Assembly (NCBI GenBank): GCA_964194905.1
Contig: CAXMOD010000249.1
Span: forward strand, 1-47,872
Direction of reading: 5' to 3'
Source of the DNA: an uncultured Desulfobacterales bacterium
Lineage (GTDB): Bacteria > Myxococcota_A > UBA9160 > JAFDET01
Length of the DNA: 47,872 bases
Under the pieces are notes generated by a model. That model did no database searches and had not been told where the DNA came from. It was given only the letters and a program-made list of their open reading frames with translations. Each line of letters begins with the position of its first letter. Position 1 is the stretch's first letter. The translations under genes were made by a program, and so were the position numbers. Below are positions 17,332-27,197 of the stretch, one piece after another.

Positions 17332-18668
17332 GCGGGCCGCTCCAGGCGGACCGAGACCCACTCGCCGACCGCATCCAGCGCGATCCGCTCCTGGGCCATC
17401 GAATCGCGCTCCCGGACCGTCACCTTACCGTCGTTCTCGGAGTCGAAGTCATACGTGACGCAGAAGGGCGTGCCTGCCTCGTCCTGGCGGCGGTAGCGGC
17501 GACCGATGTTCCCCGCCGCGTCGTAGAAGACGCTGAAGCGGCGGCGCAGCTCGCCGGCCAACCTCTGGGACGGCTCCGCTAGCTTCTTCGAAAGCGGCAG
17601 CACCGCCACCTGCGTGGGCGCCAGGAACGCGGGCAGCCGCATCACCGTGCGCTGCTCGCCACCTTCGAGGGTCTCCTCGTCGTGGGAATTGCACAGCAGC
17701 GCCAGGCAGGTGCGATCCACGCCGACCGACGTCTCGATGACCATGGGCATGTACTTCTCCTTGGTCTGTTCGTCGGTGACCGAGAGGTCCTTGCCCGAGA
17801 ACTCGCTGTGGCGGGAGAGGTCCCAATCGCCGCGGTCGTGGATGCCCTCGATCTCCTGCCAGCCGAAGGGGAACAGGAACTCGAGATCCGAGGCGTCCTT
17901 GGCGTAGTGGGCCAGCTCGTCGGCGGCGTGGGGACGCACGCGCAGCACGTCGTCGCCGAAGCCCAGGTCGCGGTGCCAGCGCAGCCGCTCGGCCAGCCAG
18001 TACTCGAACCACTTCTCCCTTTCCGAGGGATGGACGAAGAACTCGAGCTCGGCCTGCTCGAACTCCCGCGAGCGAAAGGTGAAGTTGCGCGGGTTGATCT
18101 CGTTGCGAAAGGCTTTGCCGACCTGGGCCATGCCGAAGGGGATCTTCTGGCGCGCGGTTTCGCGTACCCGCTTGAAGTCGTTGAAGAGCGGCTGGCAGGT
18201 CTCGGGGCGCAGGTAGGCGGTCGCCGCGGCGTCTTCCGACGCGCCGATGAAGGTGCGCAGCATCAGGTTGAACTGCTTGGCGTCCGTCCACTGGTGCACG
18301 CCGTCCTGGGCCTTCTCACAGCGGCCCACGTCATCGAGCTGGTCGGCGCGAAAGCGCTTCTTGCATCCGCGGCAGTCCACCATCGGGTCGCTGAAGTGCT
18401 CGACGTGGCCCGAGGCCTCCCAGGTGCGCGGATGGCAGACGATGGACGCGTCGACACCCTCCACGTCGTCGCGGGCGCGCACCACCCGCTGCCACCAAAA
18501 GGCGCGCAGGTTCTGCTTGAGCTCCGCGCCGAGGGGCCCGTAGTCCCAGAAGCCGTTGATCCCCCCGTAGATCTCGCTGGACGGGAAGATGAAGCCCCGC
18601 CGCGCGCAGAGCGAGACGAGGTCCTCCATGCGCAGCTCGGAACGGGCGGATGCAGAGGCGGGGCTCAT
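17328..18668 (-). CDS. glyQS: glycine--tRNA ligase, homodimeric (alpha2) type
   Basis: RRGFIFPSSEIYGG, DYGPLG, YLRPET, GKAFRNEI..FRSREFEQ, IGRRYRRQDEAGTP anticodon domain. Confidence 0.95.
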   Translation of the reverse strand: MSPASASARSELRMEDLVSLCARRGFIFPSSEIYGGINGFWDYGPLGAELKQNLRAFWWQRVVRARDDVEGVDASIVCHPRTWEASGHVEHFSDPMVDCRGCKKRFRADQLDDVGRCEKAQDGVHQWTDAKQFNLMLRTFIGASEDAAATAYLRPETCQPLFNDFKRVRETARQKIPFGMAQVGKAFRNEINPRNFTFRSREFEQAELEFFVHPSEREKWFEYWLAERLRWHRDLGFGDDVLRVRPHAADELAHYAKDASDLEFLFPFGWQEIEGIHDRGDWDLSRHSEFSGKDLSVTDEQTKEKYMPMVIETSVGVDRTCLALLCNSHDEETLEGGEQRTVMRLPAFLAPTQVAVLPLSKKLAEPSQRLAGELRRRFSVFYDAAGNIGRRYRRQDEAGTPFCVTYDFDSENDGKVTVRERDSMAQERIALDAVGEWVSVRLERPA

Positions 18669-19462
18669 GGCGCGCGGAAGGTAGCGAACCCCTCGGAGGC
18701 GGCCGGGGTCGCGGTCACGTGCAGCAATTCCTCCAGCACGGGCGCGCTGCGCAGCTCCACGCCGACATGGAAGCGCTGGAAGCGGCTCACCAGTTGATAC
18801 GCCTCGGCCAGCGCGGCCGGACCGAGGGCCAGCCGGTCGAGGTGCAGCAGGTCGACGCGCAACGCCTGCTCCAGCGCGCGCAACGTGCCGCGCCGAACCG
18901 GCAAGACGCCCTCGCTGCGCAGCGCGCAGGCGCGACACAGGGCGCCGCCCTCGGGAACGTGAAAGCCGGCGGGCTCACCTCCGCAGCGCACGCAGCGCCC
19001 CAGTTCGGGTCGCAGGCCCAGAGCGTCCAGCGCCCGCAGCTCGATCAGCACCCGCAGGCGCGGGTCGGGGGTCAGGGTCTCCACGGCCGCCAGGGCGCGC
19101 ACTGCAAAGGCGTAGAGGGCGGCGGCTTCGCGCGCGGAGGTGCCTTCCGGGGCCAGCCGGTCGAGGAGTTCCGCCAGGTAGCCGGCCAGCGCGAAGCGGG
19201 CGGCGCTGCGCCGCAGGCCCGGGTGCCAGTGCAGGAGGCGCGCCTGCTCGAGCCGCGCCATCGCACCCGCACGCCTGCGCGGCGCCAGCTCGATCCGCAG
19301 CCGGTTCAGCACATCGAGGCTTCCGGCGAAGCGCTTCACGCTGCGCCGGGCGCCCTTGGCCATGGCGGTCAGCCGGCCCGACGTGGGCGTCAGCAGGTGC
19401 ACCACCCGGTCCGATTCACCGAAGTCGATGGTGCGCAGGACCAGGGCCTCAGTCCGCACCAT
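18665..19462 (-). CDS. recO: DNA repair protein RecO
   Basis: ALVLRTIDFGESDRVVHLLT..GR..AKGARRS..RF; Zn-finger CVRCG...CRAC. Confidence 0.92.
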   Translation of the reverse strand: MVRTEALVLRTIDFGESDRVVHLLTPTSGRLTAMAKGARRSVKRFAGSLDVLNRLRIELAPRRRAGAMARLEQARLLHWHPGLRRSAARFALAGYLAELLDRLAPEGTSAREAAALYAFAVRALAAVETLTPDPRLRVLIELRALDALGLRPELGRCVRCGGEPAGFHVPEGGALCRACALRSEGVLPVRRGTLRALEQALRVDLLHLDRLALGPAALAEAYQLVSRFQRFHVGVELRSAPVLEELLHVTATPAASEGFATFRAP

Positions 19463-19979
19463 CGGCTCCGCTGGCAGGCTCCGGCGCCGGGGCGACCTCG
19501 GCGGGTGCCGCCCTCTCCGCGGCCAGGGTGCGCACCGCATCGCGGCGCATCACCAGTTCTTCGTCCGGCGGAAGGGGTGCGTCGCCGCCACCGGCGAGCG
19601 CGGTCCAGAGCGCGACGGCCAGGGCCAGCACCAGGACCACGCCCAGCACCAGCGTCGCGCGGCCCAGCGCGAGACTGCGCCCGCTCTCGGCCGGCATCTC
19701 GACCTCGGTCAACATGCGCGAGACGGCGTCGTCGGGATCGAGACCCAGGGCCGTGGCCACCGCGCGCACGAAGCCGCGCGCGAAGCCGTCCGGCTGGCCG
19801 TCGAACTCGCCGCCCTCGAGCCGCTCGAGGGAGCGGCGCGGAATCCGGGTGACGGCCGAGAGCTCACCCAGGCCTATTCCGCGCAGCAGGCGTTGGGAGC
19901 GGAGGTAGGCGCCGATGGACGCCGGCCTTTCCGCCGTCAGCGGAGCAGATTCAGGTACTGCTCGGACTTGTCGCCCCAC
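19449..19979 (-). CDS. RodZ-like HTH protein with one TM helix (short form)
   Basis: SIGAYLRSQRLLRGI..ELSAVTRI...LERLE.G.FD...FARGFVRAVA..LGLD, then a TM segment. Start uncertain. Confidence 0.8.
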   Translation of the reverse strand: MGRQVRAVPESAPLTAERPASIGAYLRSQRLLRGIGLGELSAVTRIPRRSLERLEGGEFDGQPDGFARGFVRAVATALGLDPDDAVSRMLTEVEMPAESGRSLALGRATLVLGVVLVLALAVALWTALAGGGDAPLPPDEELVMRRDAVRTLAAERAAPAEVAPAPEPASGADGAD

Positions 19980-20776
19980 TTTCCGTTCGGCTCGTTCTCC
20001 GCCACCGCCACCAGGTGGCGCACAGCTTTTTCCTGATGTCCGAGGGAGATGAAGATCTCGGCGGAACGGTAGTGGGCCTCCGCGTTGGCCAGCGGCCCGG
20101 GATCGACGTCGATCACCCTCAGGAACAGCGACAGCGCCTCGAGCTTCCGCCCGTCGGACTCCTCAAGGATGCCCATGTTGAGGAGAGCCGGCCAGTAGTG
20201 ATCGTGGTATTCGATGGCGAACTGGAGGTTCAGGCGCGCCTCGGCCCGGTTCCCCATGCGGAACTGACACCAGCCCAGATTCGTCAGGGCCCGCCACGGC
20301 GTGGCGAAGGTGGGATCGTCCAGCAGGATCTGGGCCTCCTCGGCCGCCTGCTTGTAGTTCCCCTGCTGGATCAGCACACCCGAGAGATTGAGGCGCGCCG
20401 AGTGGAAGTCGGGCCTCAGCTCCATGGCGCGCCTCAGGTGGGCCACCGCATCGTCGGTGCGCCCGATCCGGCGGTAGGCCTCCGCCAGGCCGAAGTGGCT
20501 CCAGGGATCGTCCGGCCCCAGCTCCAGCGAGGCACGCAGCTCGCGCACCGCGAGGGCATTGCGCCCTTTGTTCAGGTGATCGATGCCCATGTTGTACTTG
20601 GCTTGCGCCTGCTTGGCGGCTGCCTCGACGGGATCGACCTTCCGCATCTCCGGCGACTCGGTGGTGACGCAGCCGAGCCCCAGGGCCAGGCCCAGGGCGG
20701 CCGCAGCGACCTGCAGACGATGACGATGGAATCGCACGATTTGTTCCCTTCCTTCGTTCCTCGTGGCTCTCGACAC
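19937..20776 (-). CDS. TPR lipoprotein, PilF/PilW/Tgl-like secretin pilotin
   Basis: Lipobox LGLG|C, multiple TPRs, DPTFATPWRALTNLGW, upstream of the rodZ-like gene as for pilF/tgl. Confidence 0.75.
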   Translation of the reverse strand: MSRATRNEGREQIVRFHRHRLQVAAAALGLALGLGCVTTESPEMRKVDPVEAAAKQAQAKYNMGIDHLNKGRNALAVRELRASLELGPDDPWSHFGLAEAYRRIGRTDDAVAHLRRAMELRPDFHSARLNLSGVLIQQGNYKQAAEEAQILLDDPTFATPWRALTNLGWCQFRMGNRAEARLNLQFAIEYHDHYWPALLNMGILEESDGRKLEALSLFLRVIDVDPGPLANAEAHYRSAEIFISLGHQEKAVRHLVAVAENEPNGKWGDKSEQYLNLLR

Positions 20777-21607
20777 CTAGAAGGCGCCGAGAATCCGGGC
20801 CAGCAGGCCCCCGCGCTCGGGCTTGGGCTCGGCCGCCTCCACCCCCGGACGCCGCTTGCGGACCAGGGGCACACGCCCCAGGGCAGCCTTCGAGCCCCGT
20901 GTCTTGGCCGGCTCGACCTGTGCCGGCTCCTCGCTCCCCGGTTGGGAATCCCGGGCGTCCGCCGCCTCGAGCTCCTCGAGGCGGCCACGGAACTTCGAGA
21001 GGGTCGCCGCCGAGGGCACCTCCGCGGGGGCGGCCACCTCCGGTACTTCCTCGGACTCGTCCGGCTCCCAGCCGGAGGCCAGCTCGACATTGAGATCGGC
21101 GTCGGGATCCACCAGGTCGGCGCCGATGTCGTCATCCGCCGCCACCTCGGTCAGCTCCAGCAATTCGGCATCCGGCGGCTCCGCCTCTGTGACGGGCGGC
21201 ACCGAGTCCACCACGGCGCGCGGCGCAGGCTCGCCCGCCTCGAAGGCCTCCCACTCGGCGACCACCATCTCGCGGCCGATGGTGTTTTCGCCCGAGAGGA
21301 CGTCGTCGTCGAAGAGGAAGCCCATGCTCTCGGCGAAGGAGAGCCCCGCGTCGAGGGCCATCTCCACTTCGCGGGCCCCCGACAGCTCGCCCTCCCAGGC
21401 GTAGGCGACCATCCGGCCGGTGGCGATGGAGCGCACCCGGACCTCCACGGAGCAGCTCTGGTCGTCCTCGAACCACATCGCGATGGCCGCCCGGGCGGGG
21501 CCGGAGGGAATGTCCTCGGTGGACACCACCGGGGCGTTGAGCGACGTGCGCAGAGCAACGAAGCGCCGCGGATCGGGCGATCCCGGTTCGGGCGTCGAAA
21601 AGAACAT
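20777..21607 (-). CDS. conserved hypothetical protein resembling the ORF upstream of myxobacterial tgl
   Basis: SLNAPVV...GPARA, FAESMGFLFDD, acidic linker, C-terminal amphipathic LLARILGAF. Recalled similarity, not searched. Confidence 0.55.
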   Translation of the reverse strand: MFFSTPEPGSPDPRRFVALRTSLNAPVVSTEDIPSGPARAAIAMWFEDDQSCSVEVRVRSIATGRMVAYAWEGELSGAREVEMALDAGLSFAESMGFLFDDDVLSGENTIGREMVVAEWEAFEAGEPAPRAVVDSVPPVTEAEPPDAELLELTEVAADDDIGADLVDPDADLNVELASGWEPDESEEVPEVAAPAEVPSAATLSKFRGRLEELEAADARDSQPGSEEPAQVEPAKTRGSKAALGRVPLVRKRRPGVEAAEPKPERGGLLARILGAF

Positions 21608-21807
21608 TCCCCCGATATCGGCCCCCGCGGAGCCGCACTTTAGCTTCTTCGGCCCGCAGCCGCGGCCCCAAGGCCCCGCCGGGAGGGAGCTTTCCAGGAG
21701 CGGGGGCACGCGGCGAGCCGCCCATATGAGGTCTTTCGCCGCGTGTCGAGACCGATACAATTCACCCCACGCAACGCGGCGTTTCGCACGTGGAGAGCAG
21801 AGGCCAG

Positions 21808-23652
21808 GTGGCCACACCCAGGTCCGGCGATCCGGGCAAGCCTGTTGAGGAGATCGAGCGCGTCGCCATCCGTTTCGCCGGTGACTCCGGCGACGGGATG
21901 CAGCTGACCGGGACCAAGTTCACCGAGTCGACCGCGCTCGCAGGCAACGATCTCTCTACCCTTCCGGACTTCCCGGCGGAGATCCGTGCGCCAGCCGGCA
22001 CCCTGGCCGGCGTATCGGGCTTTCAGATCCACTTTGCGTCCGACGAAATCCGCACGCCCGCCGACCAGCCCGACGTCCTGGTCGCGCTGAACCCGGCCGC
22101 TCTGCGCGCCAACGTCGAGGACGTGCGCCCGGCCGGCATGCTGATCGTCAACAGCAGCTCGTTCACGAAGCGCAACCTGGAGCGCGCTGGCTACACCGAG
22201 GACCCGCTGCCCGCGCTACGCGACCGCTTCACCCTGGTGGAGATCCCCATCTCCACGATGAACCGCGAGGCGCTCCAGGACCTGGGCATGTCCCCGCGCG
22301 AGGCGGACCGCTGCAAGAACTTCTTCGCCCTGGGGCTCATGTTCTGGCTCTACAACCGGCCCACCGCGCCCACCGAAGAATGGATCACCAAGCGCTTCAG
22401 CGACAAAGTGCGGGAGGCGAACCTGCGCGTGCTCAAGGCCGGCTACCACTTCGGCGAGACGACGGAGCTCTTCCCGGTCTCCTACCTGGTACCGCGCGCC
22501 AAGATCCAGCCGGGCCGCTACCGCAACATCACCGGCAACACGGCGCTGGCCTGGGGCATCGTCGCCGCCAGCGTGCAGCTCGACCGGCCGCTCTTCGTCG
22601 GCGCCTACCCGATCACGCCGGCGAGCGACGTGCTGCACGAGCTGGCGCGCTATCGCCACTTCGGCGTGAAGACCTTCCAGGCGGAGGACGAGATCTCCGC
22701 AGCCAGTGCCACGGTCGGCGCCGCCTACGCCGGGCAGCTCGCCGCGTGCACCACCAGCGGCCCGGGCATGATCCTGAAGCAGGAGGCCCTGGGCCTGGCC
22801 GTGATGGTGGAGCTGCCCCTGGTGGTGGTGGACATTCAACGGGCCGGTCCCTCCACGGGCATGCCCACCAAGGCCGAGCAGGCCGACCTGCTCCTGGCCC
22901 TCTACGGCCGCAACTCGGACAGCCCGATGCCGGTGCTGGCGCCTTGCACGCCCGGTGACTGCTTCCACGTGATGATCGAGGCCTTCCAGCTGGCCGTGAA
23001 GTACATGACGCCGGTGACGGTGCTGTCCGACGGCTACCTGGCCAACAGCGCCGAGCCGTGGCTCATCCCGGACGTGGCGGCGTTGCCGCGCGCCACGGTG
23101 GAGTACCGCACGGACCCCGAGGGCTTCGCTCCCTATCTGCGCGACCCGGAGACCCTGGCGCGACCCTGGGCCGTTCCGGGCACGCCCGGCCTCGAGCACC
23201 GCGTAGGCGGCATCGAGAAGGAAGAGGTCACCGGCAACGTCTCCTACATGCCCGACAATCATGAGCGCATGACGCAGCTGCGCCACGAGAAGGTGGCACG
23301 CATCGTCCAGGACATCCCGCCCGTGGAGGTGAACGGTCCGGAGTCGGGCGAGCTCCTGGTGGTGGGCTGGGGAGGCACGTACGGGGCGATCTCGTCCGCG
23401 GTAGACGTCGCGCGCGAGCGGGGCCACGCCGTCTCCCAGGTGCACCTGCGCCACCTGAACCCGTTCCCGTCCAACCTGGGCGAGGTGCTGGGCAACTTCG
23501 AGAAGATCCTGGTGCCGGAGCTCAACCGCGGCCAGCTCGTGCGGCTCCTGCGGGCCGAATTCCTGGCACCGGCGGAGGTGCTCTCGAAGGTGCAGGGCCA
23601 GCCCTTCAAGATCGGCGAGATCGTGGCCCGTATCGAGGAGATGCTCGGATGA
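21808..23652 (+). CDS. korA: 2-oxoacid:ferredoxin oxidoreductase alpha subunit (gamma-alpha fusion)
   Basis: IRFAGDSGDGMQLTG, YPITPASD, QAEDEI, TTSGPG, QRAGPSTGMPTK. Confidence 0.93.
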   Translation: MATPRSGDPGKPVEEIERVAIRFAGDSGDGMQLTGTKFTESTALAGNDLSTLPDFPAEIRAPAGTLAGVSGFQIHFASDEIRTPADQPDVLVALNPAALRANVEDVRPAGMLIVNSSSFTKRNLERAGYTEDPLPALRDRFTLVEIPISTMNREALQDLGMSPREADRCKNFFALGLMFWLYNRPTAPTEEWITKRFSDKVREANLRVLKAGYHFGETTELFPVSYLVPRAKIQPGRYRNITGNTALAWGIVAASVQLDRPLFVGAYPITPASDVLHELARYRHFGVKTFQAEDEISAASATVGAAYAGQLAACTTSGPGMILKQEALGLAVMVELPLVVVDIQRAGPSTGMPTKAEQADLLLALYGRNSDSPMPVLAPCTPGDCFHVMIEAFQLAVKYMTPVTVLSDGYLANSAEPWLIPDVAALPRATVEYRTDPEGFAPYLRDPETLARPWAVPGTPGLEHRVGGIEKEEVTGNVSYMPDNHERMTQLRHEKVARIVQDIPPVEVNGPESGELLVVGWGGTYGAISSAVDVARERGHAVSQVHLRHLNPFPSNLGEVLGNFEKILVPELNRGQLVRLLRAEFLAPAEVLSKVQGQPFKIGEIVARIEEMLG

Positions 23653-24686
23653 ACGAACCCGCCGCCAAGCTGTCGCCCAAACTCAACCGAAAGGACTTCA
23701 CTTCGGACCAGGACGTGCGCTGGTGCCCGGGCTGCGGCGACTACTCGATCCTGGCGAACCTCCAACGCGTGATGCCGGAGCTCGGAGTGGCGCGCGAGAA
23801 TGTGGTCTTCGTATCGGGCATCGGCTGCTCCAGCCGCTTCCCCTACTACATGAACACCTACGGCTTCCACACCATCCACGGCCGCGCGCCGAGCTTCGCC
23901 ACCGGCATCAAGGCGAGCCGTCCGGACCTGGACGTGTGGGTGGTGACCGGCGACGGCGACGGCCTGTCCATCGGCGGCAACCACCTGCTGCACACTATCC
24001 GCCGGAACCTGAACCTCCAGATCCTGCTCTTCAACAACCGCATCTACGGGCTCACCAAGGGCCAGTACTCGCCGACCTCGCGCGAGGGCATGCGCACCAA
24101 GAGCACGCCCCAGGGCTCGATCGACCACCCGGTGGACCCGATCGCCTTCGCGCTCGGGTCCGGCGCCACCTTCGTGGCGCGCACCATCGACGTGGACGCC
24201 AAGCACCTCCAACAGGTCCTGCACCGCGCTCACGCCCACCGCGGCACCGCGTTCGTGGAGATCCTCCAGAACTGCCCCGTGTACAACGACGGCGAATGGT
24301 CGGTCGTGGAGGACAAGGCCACGCGCGCCCAGGCCACGCTGGCGCTCGAGCAGGGCGAGCCCCTCGTGTTCGGTGATGCGGACGACCGCAAGGGCATCCG
24401 CATCGAGCACGGTGTGCCGTCCCTCGTAGACCTGCCGAAGGGTGCAGACCCGGCGAAGCACGGCATCGCGATCCACGACGAGTCGCGCACGGCCGCCTAC
24501 GGCTTCGCGTTGGCGTCGATCACTCCGCCCTACTTTCCCACACCCGTAGGCGTGTTCCGCGCCGTGGAGAAGACGACCTACGAGGACCTGCTCGAGCAGC
24601 AGGTGCAGCACGCAGTGGACCAGCGCGGCCCCGGTGACCTGAGCGCCCTGCTCAACTCCGGGGACACCTGGACCGTCACGGAATAA
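23649..24686 (+). CDS. korB: 2-oxoacid:ferredoxin oxidoreductase beta subunit
   Basis: WCPGCGD, SGIGCS, TPP motif GDGD...NN, YGLTKGQYSPT. Confidence 0.93.
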   Translation: MNEPAAKLSPKLNRKDFTSDQDVRWCPGCGDYSILANLQRVMPELGVARENVVFVSGIGCSSRFPYYMNTYGFHTIHGRAPSFATGIKASRPDLDVWVVTGDGDGLSIGGNHLLHTIRRNLNLQILLFNNRIYGLTKGQYSPTSREGMRTKSTPQGSIDHPVDPIAFALGSGATFVARTIDVDAKHLQQVLHRAHAHRGTAFVEILQNCPVYNDGEWSVVEDKATRAQATLALEQGEPLVFGDADDRKGIRIEHGVPSLVDLPKGADPAKHGIAIHDESRTAAYGFALASITPPYFPTPVGVFRAVEKTTYEDLLEQQVQHAVDQRGPGDLSALLNSGDTWTVTE

Positions 24687-24713
24687 CAAGAACCGTCAGC
24701 CGAGGAGCCCCCG

Positions 24714-25442
24714 ATGGCCGCCGCCCACATGATCCAGGGGCGCGAAGTCGCCCTGCCCTGCATCGTTCGCGAGGCGACGTCCGGTGCCGTCACCTACCTG
24801 GTGGACGCACGCGCCGCCCGGGCCATGTTGCCCGACGACACCTACGAGGTCGTGGAGCTCCTACCGGGCCGCGCGCTCCTCTCGCTGGCGATCATCGACT
24901 ACAAGGACAACGACCTCGGCGACTACAACGAGGTGTCGATCGCCTTCATGGTGCGTCCGCCCGGCAAGAGCGCAGGCATCCCGTACCTGAGCAGCTGGCT
25001 CGACCTGCTGCGCGGCAACCTCTGCACCTACATCCACTGGCTGCCGGTGAACCAGACCTTCACCCGCGAGGCCGGCGCCGAGATCTGGGGCTTCCCCAAG
25101 ACGGTCGAGGAGATCAGCTTCGACTACGCCGACGACCGTGCCACCTGCCGGCTCACGGCCGACGGCCGCCACGTGCTGACGCTCTCGGTGCCGCGCGGCG
25201 GCGAGCGCACGATGCCCGACAACCCGATGGCCACCTACACCTACGTCCACGGCGTACCGCACCGCGTTCCCTTCTCGTCCGGGGCCGAGGGCTTCGGCTT
25301 CAAGCTGGGCGGCGCCGAGCTCAGCCTGGGCGACCACCCCTACGCGGAGCAGCTGCGCGGCCTGGGGCTGCCCAAGCGCCCGCTGATGTGCAGCTGGATG
25401 GAGAAGATGCACGGCCGCTTCGAGGCGCCGGAGAAGCTGTAG
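24714..25442 (+). CDS. acetoacetate decarboxylase-like family protein
   Basis: DYKDNDLGDYNE, LPVNQ.FT..AG.EIWGFPK (Schiff-base Lys position). Confidence 0.8.
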   Translation: MAAAHMIQGREVALPCIVREATSGAVTYLVDARAARAMLPDDTYEVVELLPGRALLSLAIIDYKDNDLGDYNEVSIAFMVRPPGKSAGIPYLSSWLDLLRGNLCTYIHWLPVNQTFTREAGAEIWGFPKTVEEISFDYADDRATCRLTADGRHVLTLSVPRGGERTMPDNPMATYTYVHGVPHRVPFSSGAEGFGFKLGGAELSLGDHPYAEQLRGLGLPKRPLMCSWMEKMHGRFEAPEKL

Positions 25443-25553
25443 ACGCTGATCGCCGCCTACCAAGGCGTCAATGGCGCTGTCCAGGCCGTGGTATCGTCGT
25501 GGAGTCGATCGCTGTGCCCACAAGCTGAGTTCCTCGCATCCCGGAGAAGACAC

Positions 25554-25739
25554 GTGCGTCGGAGAGACTGGACCACCATCATCCATCGCCTGAATCAGAG
25601 TCACCGGGGCGAGATGCGCATCCGCATGGGCTCTCCGGGCAGCGCCCAGGTGACGCGGTGCCGCCTCCTCGCGGAATGGTCGAACCTCGAAGCCACCACC
25701 GCCGGCTCGGTTCTGCATCTGCGGCTTCGCTCGCGCTAG
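25554..25739 (+). CDS. small basic hypothetical protein (61 aa)
   Basis: GGAGA SD before GTG. Fills the gap between two same-strand genes. Sequence MRRRDWTTIIHRLN..MGSPGSAQVTRCRLL. Confidence 0.5.
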   Translation: MRRRDWTTIIHRLNQSHRGEMRIRMGSPGSAQVTRCRLLAEWSNLEATTAGSVLHLRLRSR

Positions 25740-25756
25740 ACGCGGGTCGAGATGCA

Positions 25757-26110
25757 ATGACCATCTCGCTGAAACGTGCGTACGACGCCCCCACACGCGC
25801 AGATGGTTGCCGCATCCTCGTCGAGCGGCTCTGGCCCCGCGGTCTTTCGAAGCAGGATGCCAAGATCGACCTCTGGCTCAAGGAGGCAGCTCCCTCCACC
25901 GAACTGCGCCGCTGGTTCGATCACGAACCCTCCCGATGGCCGGAGTTCAAGCGACGCTACTTCAAGGAGTTGCGCGCTCGGAAGGAGGCCCTCGAGCCGA
26001 TCGTCGAGCGCACCCGAGCCGGGCGCGTCACGTTCGTCTTTGCTTCGCGAGAGGTCCGATTCAACAACGCGGTCGCACTCAAGGAGTTCCTCGAGCGGCG
26101 GGCGCAGTAG
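25757..26110 (+). CDS. DUF488 / YeaO family protein
   Basis: LKRAYD..DG.RILVERLWPRGLSK, W.KE.APSTELRRWFDH, NNAVALKE. Confidence 0.9.
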   Translation: MTISLKRAYDAPTRADGCRILVERLWPRGLSKQDAKIDLWLKEAAPSTELRRWFDHEPSRWPEFKRRYFKELRARKEALEPIVERTRAGRVTFVFASREVRFNNAVALKEFLERRAQ

Positions 26111-26120
26111 AATCCCCGGG

Positions 26121-27197
26121 ATGGCGCCCCCTGCCACCGAGCCTGCCGTCCACCCGCGCGAGGGCTACCTGCGCGTGGAGTTCATGGGTGCGGGCGCCCG
26201 CTGGGCCGACTACCACTACCTGTGGCTGCGCCACTTCTGCCCGTGCTGCCGCCACCCCGAAACGGGCGAGCGCACGCTGTGCGCCTCGACCCTGCCCGCA
26301 GACGCGCGGCCGAGCGGCGTGGCGATCCGGGACGACGACCTGATTCTGGAGTGGAAGGAGGCCGGCGGCGTCCACGTGAGCCGCTACCCGCTGGCTTGGC
26401 TGAGTGAGAACGCCTATGCGGCCGAGCGCCCAGATGTTGCACGGGCGGCCACGGACCTGGAGCTGCGCTCCGACGCGCTCGGGGAAGACCTGACTCGGAC
26501 CTGTGTGGAGCGGCTCCACGCCGACGGAGCCGTGGTCGTGCGCGGCGCGGGAAACGACACCAACTCCCTCATCGATGCCTTCGAAGCCGAAGCCCTGCGC
26601 GTCATCCCGACCCACTTCGGCCGCATCGAAGACCTGCGCACGGACAACACCACGAACCAGAATACCGATCAGCTCGGCTATACGGACGCCGTGGTGGACC
26701 TCCACACAGACCAGCCCTTCATCGAACACCCGCCTCGCTTCCAGATGCTCCACTGCATGCGGCCCGCCGCACGCGGCGGCGACAACGCCGTAGCCGACGG
26801 GCTCCAGGCCGCACGCCTCCTGCGCAGCCTCGACGCTCCCGCCTTCGCGCTGCTCAGCACGGTGCCGGTGCGCTTCGACCGCCGGCAGAAGGAGTTCCAG
26901 AGCCTCCAGGTGCGGCCCATCATCGAGCTGCGCGAGGGAGAGCCCCATCAGGTGCGCGCCAGCTACTTCACCTACGGGCCCCACCGCATCGCGTTCGACA
27001 CCCTGGAGGCCTGGTACCGCGCCTACGCCCGCTTCGCGGCCATCCTCGAGGAGCAGGCGGTGCGTTTCCGGCTCGAAGCCGGCGACTTCCTGCTCTACGA
27101 CAACCACCGCATGCTCCACGCGCGCACGGGCTTCGAGGGCGCGCGCTGGATGCGCGGGGTCTACTTCGACCCACATGCAGGAGGACAGCATGAGTGA
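26121..27197 (+). CDS. Fe(II)/2-oxoglutarate dioxygenase, gamma-butyrobetaine/trimethyllysine hydroxylase-like
   Basis: N-terminal WLRHFCPCC (GBBH-N/DUF971-like), LHTD, DNHRMLHARTGF, R in ARWMRG. Confidence 0.85.
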   Translation: MAPPATEPAVHPREGYLRVEFMGAGARWADYHYLWLRHFCPCCRHPETGERTLCASTLPADARPSGVAIRDDDLILEWKEAGGVHVSRYPLAWLSENAYAAERPDVARAATDLELRSDALGEDLTRTCVERLHADGAVVVRGAGNDTNSLIDAFEAEALRVIPTHFGRIEDLRTDNTTNQNTDQLGYTDAVVDLHTDQPFIEHPPRFQMLHCMRPAARGGDNAVADGLQAARLLRSLDAPAFALLSTVPVRFDRRQKEFQSLQVRPIIELREGEPHQVRASYFTYGPHRIAFDTLEAWYRAYARFAAILEEQAVRFRLEAGDFLLYDNHRMLHARTGFEGARWMRGVYFDPHAGGQHE

